A DNA stretch of 64,000 bases from Escherichia phage EPFV3-03/2025, in sequence record PV435126.1; one strand, written 5' to 3'. The position numbers were made by a program, and so were the translations under genes. The notes beneath the pieces were generated by a model. The model did not search any database, was not told the DNA's origin, and saw nothing but the letters and a program-made list of their open reading frames with translations. Positions within the stretch are counted from its first letter, which is position 1; every line of letters begins with the position of its first letter. Shown here one piece after another: positions 38,506 to 46,199 of this stretch.

Positions 38506-39267
38506 TTACAGTTCCATAAAGTTTTCTACGATGTCAATAAATGTTTTATCAGAGAAAGCGTCAACCGCCCCGTTAAACCAAACTGGGATGCCGCGATCCT
38601 CATACTGGTAAATGTCACTACGTGAAATGCCATTCTCCCCTAAATGCTGTGAGTCGTATTTGTTAACGATCAGTAGTTTAGTCCCCTTATTACAGGCAGG
38701 GAATAGCTCCCAGTTAAAATTGATAACTGTGTTGGAGCACCCTACAAGGATAACCATATCATTGCTCGTCAGAGAAGTCAACAGGTCATACATGTCTACA
38801 TACTTTGGAGCTACTTCTCCGAAGAACACTACATTAGGCTTGACCCAAGTATACTCGCTTGCATCTACCTCAGAGTATCCAATGTCTTTAATTACGTCAT
38901 TCCCTTCATCATCCTCATAAACTATTTCTGGCAAATACCCGTGGACATGCAAAATATCTTCATGTTTTACACCAGCACGCTCCAGCAAATCATCTACATT
39001 GGTGGTCAGGTTGATCACACGACCAGACCAGCGGGAATACCACTCAGCGATCCGGAGATGTGCAAGGTTAGGCTCAACACTCCCCAAAGCTACACGCCGT
39101 GCATTGTAAAAGTCATGTACCTTATAGTAGTTCTTGGCAAAGGTGTGGATGTTACACACCTCATCGATGCTGAAATTCTCCCACATTGCAGTGCCACCAG
39201 ATCGGAAAGTTGGGATACCAGATTCAGCGCTCAAACCAGCACCGGAGATAATGATCAGTCGTCGCAT
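38506..39267 (-). CDS. Sir2-family (sirtuin-like) NAD-dependent protein
   Basis: 253 aa; GAGLSAESGIPTFRS, NLTTNVDDLLERAG..HVHG and KPNVVFFGE match the three Sir2 signature regions; no CxxC zinc module seen. Confidence 0.75.
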   Translation of the reverse strand: MRRLIIISGAGLSAESGIPTFRSGGTAMWENFSIDEVCNIHTFAKNYYKVHDFYNARRVALGSVEPNLAHLRIAEWYSRWSGRVINLTTNVDDLLERAGVKHEDILHVHGYLPEIVYEDDEGNDVIKDIGYSEVDASEYTWVKPNVVFFGEVAPKYVDMYDLLTSLTSNDMVILVGCSNTVINFNWELFPACNKGTKLLIVNKYDSQHLGENGISRSDIYQYEDRGIPVWFNGAVDAFSDKTFIDIVENFMEL

Positions 39268-39275
39268 AAGTGTCC

Positions 39276-39626
39276 TCAGTAGATGTTTTGTTTAATCTCT
39301 ATTCCAAACTTTTTAAACGAGTCAGCAGCAAGCATGAATTTACGAGCCGCTGATGGGTTAGAAGTATGCACGAAAATCTTCACGTTGTCAACTACAGGAG
39401 GCTTACCAAATACAAATTTTTCTTCCAGCATAGATAGGCAATCGTACCCTTCAAATACCTCTCCAAGGTCGTTGTCCATGTGCCACTCAGAAACGCGCCT
39501 GTAGAGCTTTCCCTTATCGTTAATAAAATCAATAAACTCAGAGGAATTCTTTAGCCAAAGAGCATCTGGGAGCCCATAATTTGACGGATCTCTCAAGTCA
39601 TCCAGCCACACAATCAACTTCTTCAT
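39276..39626 (-). CDS. hypothetical protein, possible receiver-like RNA-repair accessory domain
   Basis: 116 aa; N-terminal KLIVWLDDLRDP strand-loop; translationally coupled to the RNA ligase gene. Confidence 0.4.
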   Translation of the reverse strand: MKKLIVWLDDLRDPSNYGLPDALWLKNSSEFIDFINDKGKLYRRVSEWHMDNDLGEVFEGYDCLSMLEEKFVFGKPPVVDNVKIFVHTSNPSAARKFMLAADSFKKFGIEIKQNIY

Positions 39627-40558
39627 TGCATATAGTCCTCGTTGTGGAAATAGCAGTCAAGTATCTCACGGCGTTCCTGCTCCAGGAGGCAATTCCACAC
39701 ATCTTCTGTGTAGTTTCTACGAATGAAGTTTACCATGCCGTAAAACTCTTCGTCAACACGTTTAAAGATATCATCATCCCAAATCTTCCAAGCTCTACCC
39801 CTCATTACGACCTTCCGTGCCAGATAGTAGGGAGACTTGATCTTTAGTTGCAGGTCATAAGGGTAGTAAGACTTACGGATCATATACCCTTCGCCCCTTG
39901 TTTCTGCAGCCAACTCTTTTGCATAGCTGAACGGAATTTCACGCACAGTGTGAGGACGTTTTGCACCAAGGTATTTGGCAATACCGTCTAAAGCTGCTTC
40001 TGGTAGCATTATTCCAGAATCATTGTATCGGCAACCGATCAAATAGGCACCATGATCTTCCTGAACAATATGCGGGTCTGAAGGGTGACAAATTTCAAAC
40101 ATGAATGTCATGTTTTCATGGCCCATAACCTTCTTGATAAGATCTAAATTACCACATTGCTCCTGGATTGTTTCCTTTGCGAGGTTACAATATGGAGAAT
40201 CAAGAGACCCTGTTGTTGAGAACAACAGTTCACCTTTGTGAGATGATACCACACCAAGGAATCCGTTCTTTTTCTCTACCGCCGTCACAAGTTTATTGTC
40301 AGGCAGGTTGGTGGAATTTTCTCCCAAGTTAAATACTTTTGTGAAGGGCCATGCCACAACATTTCCTTCATTACCGACAACAATTCCTCGGCACTCTAGT
40401 AAACGCGGAGACAAATGCCATAGATTGTTGTAAAATACTTTTCTGGCATATTTATAGATCTTTAACCCAAGATCTGGATAATACCGACTGGTTACAAGAC
40501 CTTTATCCACTAAATCATCTGCATTAAAATACTTCATCATACATTCCTCGTTTGTCAT
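39623..40558 (-). CDS. RNA ligase-like nucleotidyltransferase
   Basis: 311 aa; candidate motif I KKNG, motif IV EGYMIRK, motif V LKIK; separate from the DNA ligase; next to the Pnkp-like genes. Confidence 0.6.
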   Translation of the reverse strand: MTNEECMMKYFNADDLVDKGLVTSRYYPDLGLKIYKYARKVFYNNLWHLSPRLLECRGIVVGNEGNVVAWPFTKVFNLGENSTNLPDNKLVTAVEKKNGFLGVVSSHKGELLFSTTGSLDSPYCNLAKETIQEQCGNLDLIKKVMGHENMTFMFEICHPSDPHIVQEDHGAYLIGCRYNDSGIMLPEAALDGIAKYLGAKRPHTVREIPFSYAKELAAETRGEGYMIRKSYYPYDLQLKIKSPYYLARKVVMRGRAWKIWDDDIFKRVDEEFYGMVNFIRRNYTEDVWNCLLEQERREILDCYFHNEDYMQ

Positions 40559-40601
40559 TTTGTCACTCTATCTTGCCACACAAATAAACTAGTGTCAACA
40601 C

Positions 40602-40630
40602 TTGAAATGAACAAAAGAGTTATGTATACT
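40602..40630 (+). promoter_or_regulatory. sigma70-like promoter
   Basis: TTGAAA-N17-TGTATACT upstream of the first plus-strand gene. Confidence 0.5.
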
Positions 40631-40658
40631 ACCATTAAAATTAAAACGGAGGATTACT

Positions 40659-41069
40659 ATGTCTAAAATGCTGTATATCGTGCGTGGTCTACCAGGTTCT
40701 GGCAAATCAACACTGGCAAATGCACTATCTTTAGAGGGGCTGTACCCACATTTTGAGAACGACATGTTCTGGTACGACGACGATGGAAATTACAACTGGG
40801 ATGCAAGTAAAGTAACACTTGCAGCAAAATGGTGCAAAGATAACGTAGAAGATATGATGCGTATGGGATACGACCGTGTCGTGGTAAGTAATACGTTTAC
40901 AAAAGAAAAACATGTGCAAGAATATGTTGACATGGCAATCAGTCATGGGTATAGTTATACTGTGATCGTGGTTGAAAACCGCCACGGTAATAAGAGCATT
41001 CATGATGTTCCAGATAGGGTTGTGGACCGTATGGAGCGTGAGCTTAAAAACTGCATTAAACTAAAATGA
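40659..41069 (+). CDS. polynucleotide 5'-kinase (Pnkp kinase-domain-like)
   Basis: 136 aa; P-loop GLPGSGKST and VSNT resemble the T4 Pnkp kinase domain. Confidence 0.7.
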   Translation: MSKMLYIVRGLPGSGKSTLANALSLEGLYPHFENDMFWYDDDGNYNWDASKVTLAAKWCKDNVEDMMRMGYDRVVVSNTFTKEKHVQEYVDMAISHGYSYTVIVVENRHGNKSIHDVPDRVVDRMERELKNCIKLK

Positions 41070-41076
41070 GGGATGT

Positions 41077-41631
41077 ATGAAATATTTTGTAACAAGCGAT
41101 ACACACTTTCTCCACCAGCGAGTCATGGAGTTTGATTCATGTCAAAAACACAGATCTCAGTATGATCACAATCTTGACAGTATGAACGAAGGAATCATTG
41201 CAGAGTGGAACTCTGTTGTATCACCAGAAGACACTGTGTTTCACTTGGGCGATATTGCATGCACTAAGGATAAGAATATCAACAACTTATTTCCAGATAT
41301 TCTAAATATGTTGAACGGACATATTATTCTTGTTCGTGGTAACCATGACACAAGGACGACTGTCAGAATTATGAAAGAGTTCGGTCATGAGGTTGTAGAT
41401 TATTACGAGCTTCGCCACAACAAGAATTTGATCTGTATGAGCCATTACCAGTTTGCAAAGTGGAACAGAAAGCCTCACGGATCAGTCCAACTGTTCGGTC
41501 ATGCTCACGGAACCACACAGCAGTTGTTTGGCAGGCAGTTTGATGTCGGTTGGGATGTGTGGGGGAGACTCTTACCATTAGAAGAGGCATACCGTATTGC
41601 AATGAGTCTTGCTATTGACAGCGGGGAGTAA
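41077..41631 (+). CDS. calcineurin-like metallophosphoesterase (candidate 2',3' end-healing phosphatase)
   Basis: 184 aa; SDTHF, GDI, GNHD, GHAH motifs. Confidence 0.8.
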   Translation: MKYFVTSDTHFLHQRVMEFDSCQKHRSQYDHNLDSMNEGIIAEWNSVVSPEDTVFHLGDIACTKDKNINNLFPDILNMLNGHIILVRGNHDTRTTVRIMKEFGHEVVDYYELRHNKNLICMSHYQFAKWNRKPHGSVQLFGHAHGTTQQLFGRQFDVGWDVWGRLLPLEEAYRIAMSLAIDSGE

Positions 41632-41678
41632 TCCCTGCTATTTTAAAGAAAATTGCCACACAAGGAGAATCAGGAGAT

Positions 41679-42029
41679 ATGAAAGAGGAGGATAAGCTGC
41701 CATACCTTAAAGTCCCATTTGGAATACTGTCTATGTCAAAAGTTTTGAATGATACAACTGGAGAGGTTGTTGTTCTTGACTTGTATGACAAGATCGTATA
41801 CTGCTACCTGCACAACTGGTATAAGCTTGGAGGAAATTCACGCTTCACACCCAGCACAAGGAAAATTGCAGCAGATGTTGGGATAAAGAAAACAAAAGCA
41901 GCAGCGTGCGTTAAAACTTTAGAATGTGCAGGCGTGGTTGAAATATCCACACAAGGGAGAGGTAAAAGATGCACATTTTCCAAAGTTTTGCCACCAGAAG
42001 AGGTTATTCGAATGTCAACAACTGGTTAG
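41679..42029 (+). CDS. winged-helix DNA-binding protein, candidate initiator or repressor
   Basis: 116 aa; STRKIAADVGIKKTKAAACVKTLECAGVV helix-turn-helix-like segment; followed by an iteron array. Confidence 0.5.
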   Translation: MKEEDKLPYLKVPFGILSMSKVLNDTTGEVVVLDLYDKIVYCYLHNWYKLGGNSRFTPSTRKIAADVGIKKTKAAACVKTLECAGVVEISTQGRGKRCTFSKVLPPEEVIRMSTTG

Positions 42030-42090
42030 ACCAGTAAAAACTTAAATATCTGTACTATAAGGATTCGTATGTTTTATGTCCATCCAAGAG

Positions 42091-42176
42091 CAGAGGGTAG
42101 TAACTGTCCGTAATACGGACACTACTGCCCGTCACGCGGACACATCTGCCCGTAATACGGACACTAACTGTCCGCA
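42091..42176. repeat. four tandem 21-22 bp repeats each containing the dyad GyCCG-N5-CGGAC
   Basis: taactgtccgtaatacggacac / tactgcccgtcacgcggacac / atctgcccgtaatacggacac / taactgtccgcaatacggacac, directly abutting. Confidence 0.85.
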
Positions 42177-42690
42177 ATACGGACACATAAAGAATATAAC
42201 TAAAATAACTAAATAATAAAAAATAAAAGATCTAGTACTTATGGTACTAAAGTACATATACTTAACTTATGTAGAATATACTAGATCCTAAGTACCATGT
42301 TTTAAATTTATTACTTACTATTGGTAGTGTCGGCCCTTCATTGGCACTCGCCTACGAGGGGCGAGATGCCGGGCCTCCATAGTGCACACAATAACAGGAG
42401 TGCATACATGCAGGACTGTTAACATGTGTGGGAGCGAAGCGATAGCGCAGGCCAAAGGCCGAGCACTAATGTGGACCACCGACGAAAGCTTGCCAGCGCC
42501 GTAAGGAGTCGGTTGAGAGCCTCCCGCGAGAGTTTAGTTAAAGTTTATGTGTGGAAACGGACAGGAAGGCCCCTAAATCGCCACACAGCTGCGTAAACTA
42601 TACCAAGTAAGGCAATCGCACCAGTTTGATAGAAAAGCTCGTTACAAAGCGATACAGTGAGTTTTTCTATAACTTGAAGAGGAGGCAGTT

Positions 42691-43269
42691 ATGAGTTCAC
42701 GCAAAGATGACCGCGAAAAGATTGCAAAACGTTATCAGAATGAAGAACAGATGGAGAAAACTTTCAAGTGGAAGCCAGGTTTCCAGCGTAATCATTCTAA
42801 CGCTCGTGATCGTAAGCATCCGGATAAGTGGCTAACACCGCCAAATGATGGCATGCAGGTTGGTGATGAGAAGGAGCTATCGCCTGGAAAAGATGGCAAC
42901 TACATTCGCACTAAGGACGCTGGTCCAAAGGATGACAGCTATCTTGTAGATAAGGTTCTTGATGGTATTGATGTAGATGTTGACACCACACGGAACTTTT
43001 TTCTTGGGTGGTATCGCACAGGTTTTTTCGACATCAAGGCCATTCGTCGTGTTTGTGATATTAAAAAGTCTGCATATGATGACGACTCGTTACATCGCAC
43101 CCTGAGGCAATATTCAGAAAGATATGGTCATCCGGTTATCACTCTTGACGATGTTGACGAAGTGATGTATCATGCAGAGGTTGTTGCAGGCAGATTTGGT
43201 GATGCATATCTTGATATCCTTTCTGCAAACGATGAGGTAATGTTGAATAAGATTTACTACGAACGTTGA
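42691..43269 (+). CDS. hypothetical protein
   Basis: 192-aa ORF with ggagg RBS. Confidence 0.5.
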   Translation: MSSRKDDREKIAKRYQNEEQMEKTFKWKPGFQRNHSNARDRKHPDKWLTPPNDGMQVGDEKELSPGKDGNYIRTKDAGPKDDSYLVDKVLDGIDVDVDTTRNFFLGWYRTGFFDIKAIRRVCDIKKSAYDDDSLHRTLRQYSERYGHPVITLDDVDEVMYHAEVVAGRFGDAYLDILSANDEVMLNKIYYER

Positions 43270-43279
43270 GGAGAGCTTA

Positions 43280-43468
43280 ATGAACAATCCGGTAGCAAAG
43301 AACTGTAATAAGTTCAACAAGTCTGCAATTCACACTGACAGGAAAAAGAGCTGGTCACCGGACATTGACGAGGAGCTTGAGAATTACTTTGAAGATCTGG
43401 TTACCAATGCAGGTGAGGTTGCGATTAAAGAATACGCAGACAGGAGGGATAAGGCCGGAATCTGTTGA
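43280..43468 (+). CDS. hypothetical protein
   Basis: 62-aa ORF. Confidence 0.4.
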   Translation: MNNPVAKNCNKFNKSAIHTDRKKSWSPDIDEELENYFEDLVTNAGEVAIKEYADRRDKAGIC

Positions 43469-43493
43469 CAAAAATAATGTTACCTGATAAGAT
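43465..43493 (+). promoter_or_regulatory. sigma70-like promoter
   Basis: TTGACA-N17-TAAGAT. Confidence 0.5.
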
Positions 43494-43544
43494 CTGCAAT
43501 ATGATGTGATACAATTTTAACTTACGAGGTCTACAGGTAATGCT

Positions 43545-43787
43545 ATGTTTAAGGTTAAGCTCGTTTTCCGTTCCATGAATGAGGATTATTTAGAAGATGA
43601 AGGTGAATTTCGTGCACTAGATGATGCAATAGATTTTGCCAACGACTTAGCTTGTATGAACACGGGTTATGGGTTGTGTTGTTGGGACGGTGGTATTCAG
43701 ATCGGTGATAGCAAAATCTTCTACTTCTACCCTGAGCCGGATAACAAACAAATTAAGTATGTTTTATTTATTTGTGCTTTACAATGA
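43545..43787 (+). CDS. hypothetical acidic protein
   Basis: 80-aa ORF. Confidence 0.45.
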   Translation: MFKVKLVFRSMNEDYLEDEGEFRALDDAIDFANDLACMNTGYGLCCWDGGIQIGDSKIFYFYPEPDNKQIKYVLFICALQ

Positions 43788-44074
43788 GGTTGTTTTCGTG
43801 TATCATGATGAATATCCAATTTAAAGATGAATTTGATGGCTTTATCTCCGGATGCTTTGAAACAGGGTTCGGAGAATGCTGAGTTCCCCTTAGAGGGCTT
43901 GATAGTGCACCACACTTAAAATGGTAGGGGCAGCCAGCACATGACGATGTGACCCCAGCCAACCTGTAATAAGGTCGAGCCAAAGCGCGGTAATGGGTCT
44001 CTGGTAACCCACTTGTTGGGTCTTGTGGTCCAGGACGCTGGGCAAGTCGCAGGGAATACCACCCTGCGGCGAAC

Positions 44075-44103
44075 TTGACAATCAGTATTTGCCGTGATAA
44101 AAT
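44075..44103 (+). promoter_or_regulatory. sigma70-like promoter
   Basis: TTGACA-N17-TAAAAT upstream of the gene at 44132. Confidence 0.5.
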
Positions 44104-44131
44104 CCACCTATCACGTGATAATGGAGGAAAC

Positions 44132-44470
44132 ATGGCGGATACAACTAAAAAGCGTCGCCGTAGAGGCAGACCTCTGAAAGAGGAGTCCAACGCCATTCAG
44201 CTAGAGAAGAACATTCTTGATATGAAGGAATCTTTTATAGCGATGGTTCCAGAAGCTCACAAAGTTTTAAGAGAGCTGATGTTGGATCCGAAAACCAAGC
44301 AAAATATTCGTCAAAGCATTGCAGAGTATGTCCTTGATAAGGCAGACCGAATGCAGGAAGAATATGATGAGATGTTTGGTGAAGAGGAAGAGGTAGTAGT
44401 AGAAGAGGCTGAAAAACCAGCACCTTTTATGCCATTTACCACAGAGATACAGCCTGTTGGCAATAGTTAA
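44132..44470 (+). CDS. hypothetical DNA-binding-like protein (basic KKRRRRGRP N-terminus, acidic C-terminus)
   Basis: ORF 44075..44470 trimmed to MADTTKKRRRRGRP, which has a ggagg RBS. Confidence 0.5.
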   Translation: MADTTKKRRRRGRPLKEESNAIQLEKNILDMKESFIAMVPEAHKVLRELMLDPKTKQNIRQSIAEYVLDKADRMQEEYDEMFGEEEEVVVEEAEKPAPFMPFTTEIQPVGNS

Positions 44471-44479
44471 AATATTTTC

Positions 44480-44508
44480 TTGACAAACTTTGCTTAACAG
44501 TGTAATAT
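44480..44508 (+). promoter_or_regulatory. sigma70-like promoter for the tRNA cluster
   Basis: TTGACA-N17-TAATAT about 60 bp upstream of the first tRNA. Confidence 0.55.
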
Positions 44509-44566
44509 TGTAAACATGGTCTCCCACCTTTTCTGGCGGCTCAGGTGTAAAAGAAAGCCACCCAGT

Positions 44567-44641
44567 GCCCTGTTAGCTTAGTGGATAAAGCAGCGGCCTT
44601 CTAAGCCGTTGACACTGGTTCGAGTCCAGTACGGGGTGCCA
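44567..44641 (+). tRNA. tRNA-Arg (anticodon UCU)
   Basis: Cloverleaf by eye: acceptor gccctgt/acggggt, anticodon loop cttctaa, T-loop ttcgagt, encoded CCA. Confidence 0.75.
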
Positions 44642-44645
44642 AATT

Positions 44646-44732
44646 GGGGAGTTATCCCGTAGAGGTAGCGGTGTAGACTGTAAATCTATTGTCATTGCGA
44701 CTCGGGTGGTTCGACTCCACCACTCCCCACCA
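44646..44732 (+). tRNA. tRNA-Tyr (anticodon GUA)
   Basis: Acceptor ggggagt/actcccc, anticodon loop ctgtaaa, long variable arm, T-loop ttcgact, CCA. Confidence 0.75.
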
Positions 44733-44856
44733 AATTTATATTTTTAAATGCATAAATCATACAGATAATGACATTGATATTTATCGTCGTTTATACTAGT
44801 CACTAACTGCTCGAAAATCAGTGTCATTATCAGTGTAATTTATAAAGGAGGGTAGG

Positions 44857-44947
44857 GAGCAATGGTGCTCAAGCGGTCTTGAAAACCGTCCCGTTGAGGA
44901 TGACTCGATGATGGTTCGATTCCATTACTCTCCGCCACATTGTTGAC
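44857..44947 (+). tRNA. tRNA-Ser (anticodon UGA)
   Basis: Acceptor ggagggt/actctcc, anticodon stem-loop gcggt-cttgaaa-accgt, long variable arm, T-loop ttcgatt, CCA; exact 5' end uncertain. Confidence 0.6.
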
Positions 44948-45035
44948 CTTGTAATTAAGCGAAAGCCGGAAGCAGAACCGGATTATCAAATGTTACAGTC
45001 GTCATCGCCGACTAGCCACATGGTCAACATATTGC

Positions 45036-45134
45036 GCTAGGTAAGCCCTTTGGCAAGGGCGAGGATTTTTAATCCTGAAAATAGACGAGGTAGTCGTTGA
45101 ATACATAGGTGGTTCGATTCCATCACCTAGCACC
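45036..45134 (+). tRNA. atypical oversized tRNA-like element (about 99 nt; anticodon uncertain, loop candidate tttttaa)
   Basis: Perfect 7-bp acceptor pairing gctaggt/acctagc, D-arm gccc-tttggcaa-gggc, T-arm ggtgg-ttcgatt-ccatc, but about 30 nt between anticodon arm and T-arm. Confidence 0.4.
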
Positions 45135-45139
45135 TTTTT

Positions 45140-45215
45140 GCTGATGTAGCACAATTGGCAGTGCAATTGATTTGTAATCAATAGGTTGCAGGTTCGAGTC
45201 CTGCCATCAGCACCA
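45140..45215 (+). tRNA. tRNA-Thr (anticodon UGU)
   Basis: Acceptor gctgatg/catcagc, anticodon stem-loop attga-tttgtaa-tcaat, T-loop ttcgagt, CCA. Confidence 0.75.
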
Positions 45216-45216
45216 T

Positions 45217-45291
45217 GGCCCTGTAGCTGGAAGGTTCAAGCAAGCGACTCATAATCGCCAGACGGTGGTTCAATTCCACCCAGGGCCACCA
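45217..45291 (+). tRNA. tRNA-Met or Ile2 (anticodon CAU)
   Basis: Acceptor ggccctg/cagggcc, anticodon loop ctcataa, T-loop ttcaatt, CCA. Confidence 0.7.
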
Positions 45292-45303
45292 AATAATAAA
45301 TAC

Positions 45304-45379
45304 TCCGCGTAGCTCAGCTTGGTAGAGCGCCTGATTTGGGATCAGGAGGTCGAGTGTTCGAATCACTCCGTGGAGACCA
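45304..45379 (+). tRNA. tRNA-Pro (anticodon UGG)
   Basis: Acceptor ctccgcg/cgtggag with C1-G72, anticodon stem-loop cctga-tttggga-tcagg, T-loop ttcgaat, CCA. Confidence 0.7.
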
Positions 45380-45425
45380 CCTTTAGTTATACTTTAAATA
45401 TATACACACAAAAGGAACCTTTAAA

Positions 45426-45695
45426 ATGTATACACTTAAAATTGTAGAGCGTGTAAATCCAACCCATACTGTAGATTTTCGTGACGATTTCAACCCTCTT
45501 GCTGTAAATCTTCGAGAGTCGTATCATGAACTAAGCTGCGATGCAGTTGTGGTCTTCTTTGAAGACAACTCTGAAGGGGCAGTGGCTTGTGTTGTTGATA
45601 GCGAGCAGAAGTTTTATATTTACAGAGATGTGGATGCTTACTTGATGAATGAGAATGCGGTTACTGTCAGAATCATCCACCGAGTGCCTCGATAA
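45426..45695 (+). CDS. hypothetical protein
   Basis: 89-aa ORF after the tRNA cluster. Confidence 0.45.
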   Translation: MYTLKIVERVNPTHTVDFRDDFNPLAVNLRESYHELSCDAVVVFFEDNSEGAVACVVDSEQKFYIYRDVDAYLMNENAVTVRIIHRVPR

Positions 45696-45751
45696 GTATT
45701 AGTCTCCTTTTAGTTAGTTTCGATCTATTTAGGTTACTCAATTTTAACCCG

Positions 45752-45783
45752 CCCCGTTAGCTGTATAGCTGCGGGGTTTTTTC
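45752..45783 (+). terminator. rho-independent terminator
   Basis: GC-rich hairpin ccccg..cgggg followed by TTTTTT. Confidence 0.6.
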
Positions 45784-45800
45784 GTTTCTGGAGCCTTAAA

Positions 45801-46199
45801 ATGATTTCAGTTTTAACATTGATGAGTAAATACAGAGGGATCATAAAAGGTTTAGTTTTTGCAGCTGCTCTAGGCACAGCATACTTGGGGGCCGTGTATT
45901 GGTTTAACTCTAAGCTCAACGCTGCTTATCAGGAAGGCGTAACAGCAACAGAGTTAAAGTGGGAACGGATCCTTGACCAGCAACAAAAGCAGGCCGACAA
46001 AATTAAAATGGGCCACGCAGAGGAGGTTAAAAACCTTGAAAAATCTCTTTCTGACCTACAGGATAAATTAAATATGGCTGAGAAGGCAGGTAAAGAAAAG
46101 CAGATTATCTACCTCCAATCACCTGAAGGTAAGAAGTCAACACTCCCTGACCAGCTTATAGATATCTATAATGAGAGCATTAATCAGGAGGGCAGATGA
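45801..46199 (+). CDS. i-spanin (Rz-like)
   Basis: 132 aa; N-terminal TM LVFAAALGTAYLGAVYWF followed by coiled-coil-like region; stop overlaps the o-spanin start. Confidence 0.6.
   Translation: MISVLTLMSKYRGIIKGLVFAAALGTAYLGAVYWFNSKLNAAYQEGVTATELKWERILDQQQKQADKIKMGHAEEVKNLEKSLSDLQDKLNMAEKAGKEKQIIYLQSPEGKKSTLPDQLIDIYNESINQEGR

Noticed and set aside
42091-42176. Tandem 21-22 bp repeats considered as a CRISPR array
   Set aside because: The repeats abut one another with no spacers, are individually palindromic, and there are only four; this fits iterons or operators, not CRISPR.
43768-44196. Minus-strand ORF of 142 aa spanning the GC-rich segment
   Set aside because: Overlaps a consensus plus-strand promoter and the start of the 44132 gene; arginine/proline-rich translation typical of out-of-frame GC-rich sequence.
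45036-45134. tRNA-like element considered as tmRNA
   Set aside because: Far too short (about 99 nt) and no tag-peptide reading frame; retained as an atypical tRNA-like element instead.
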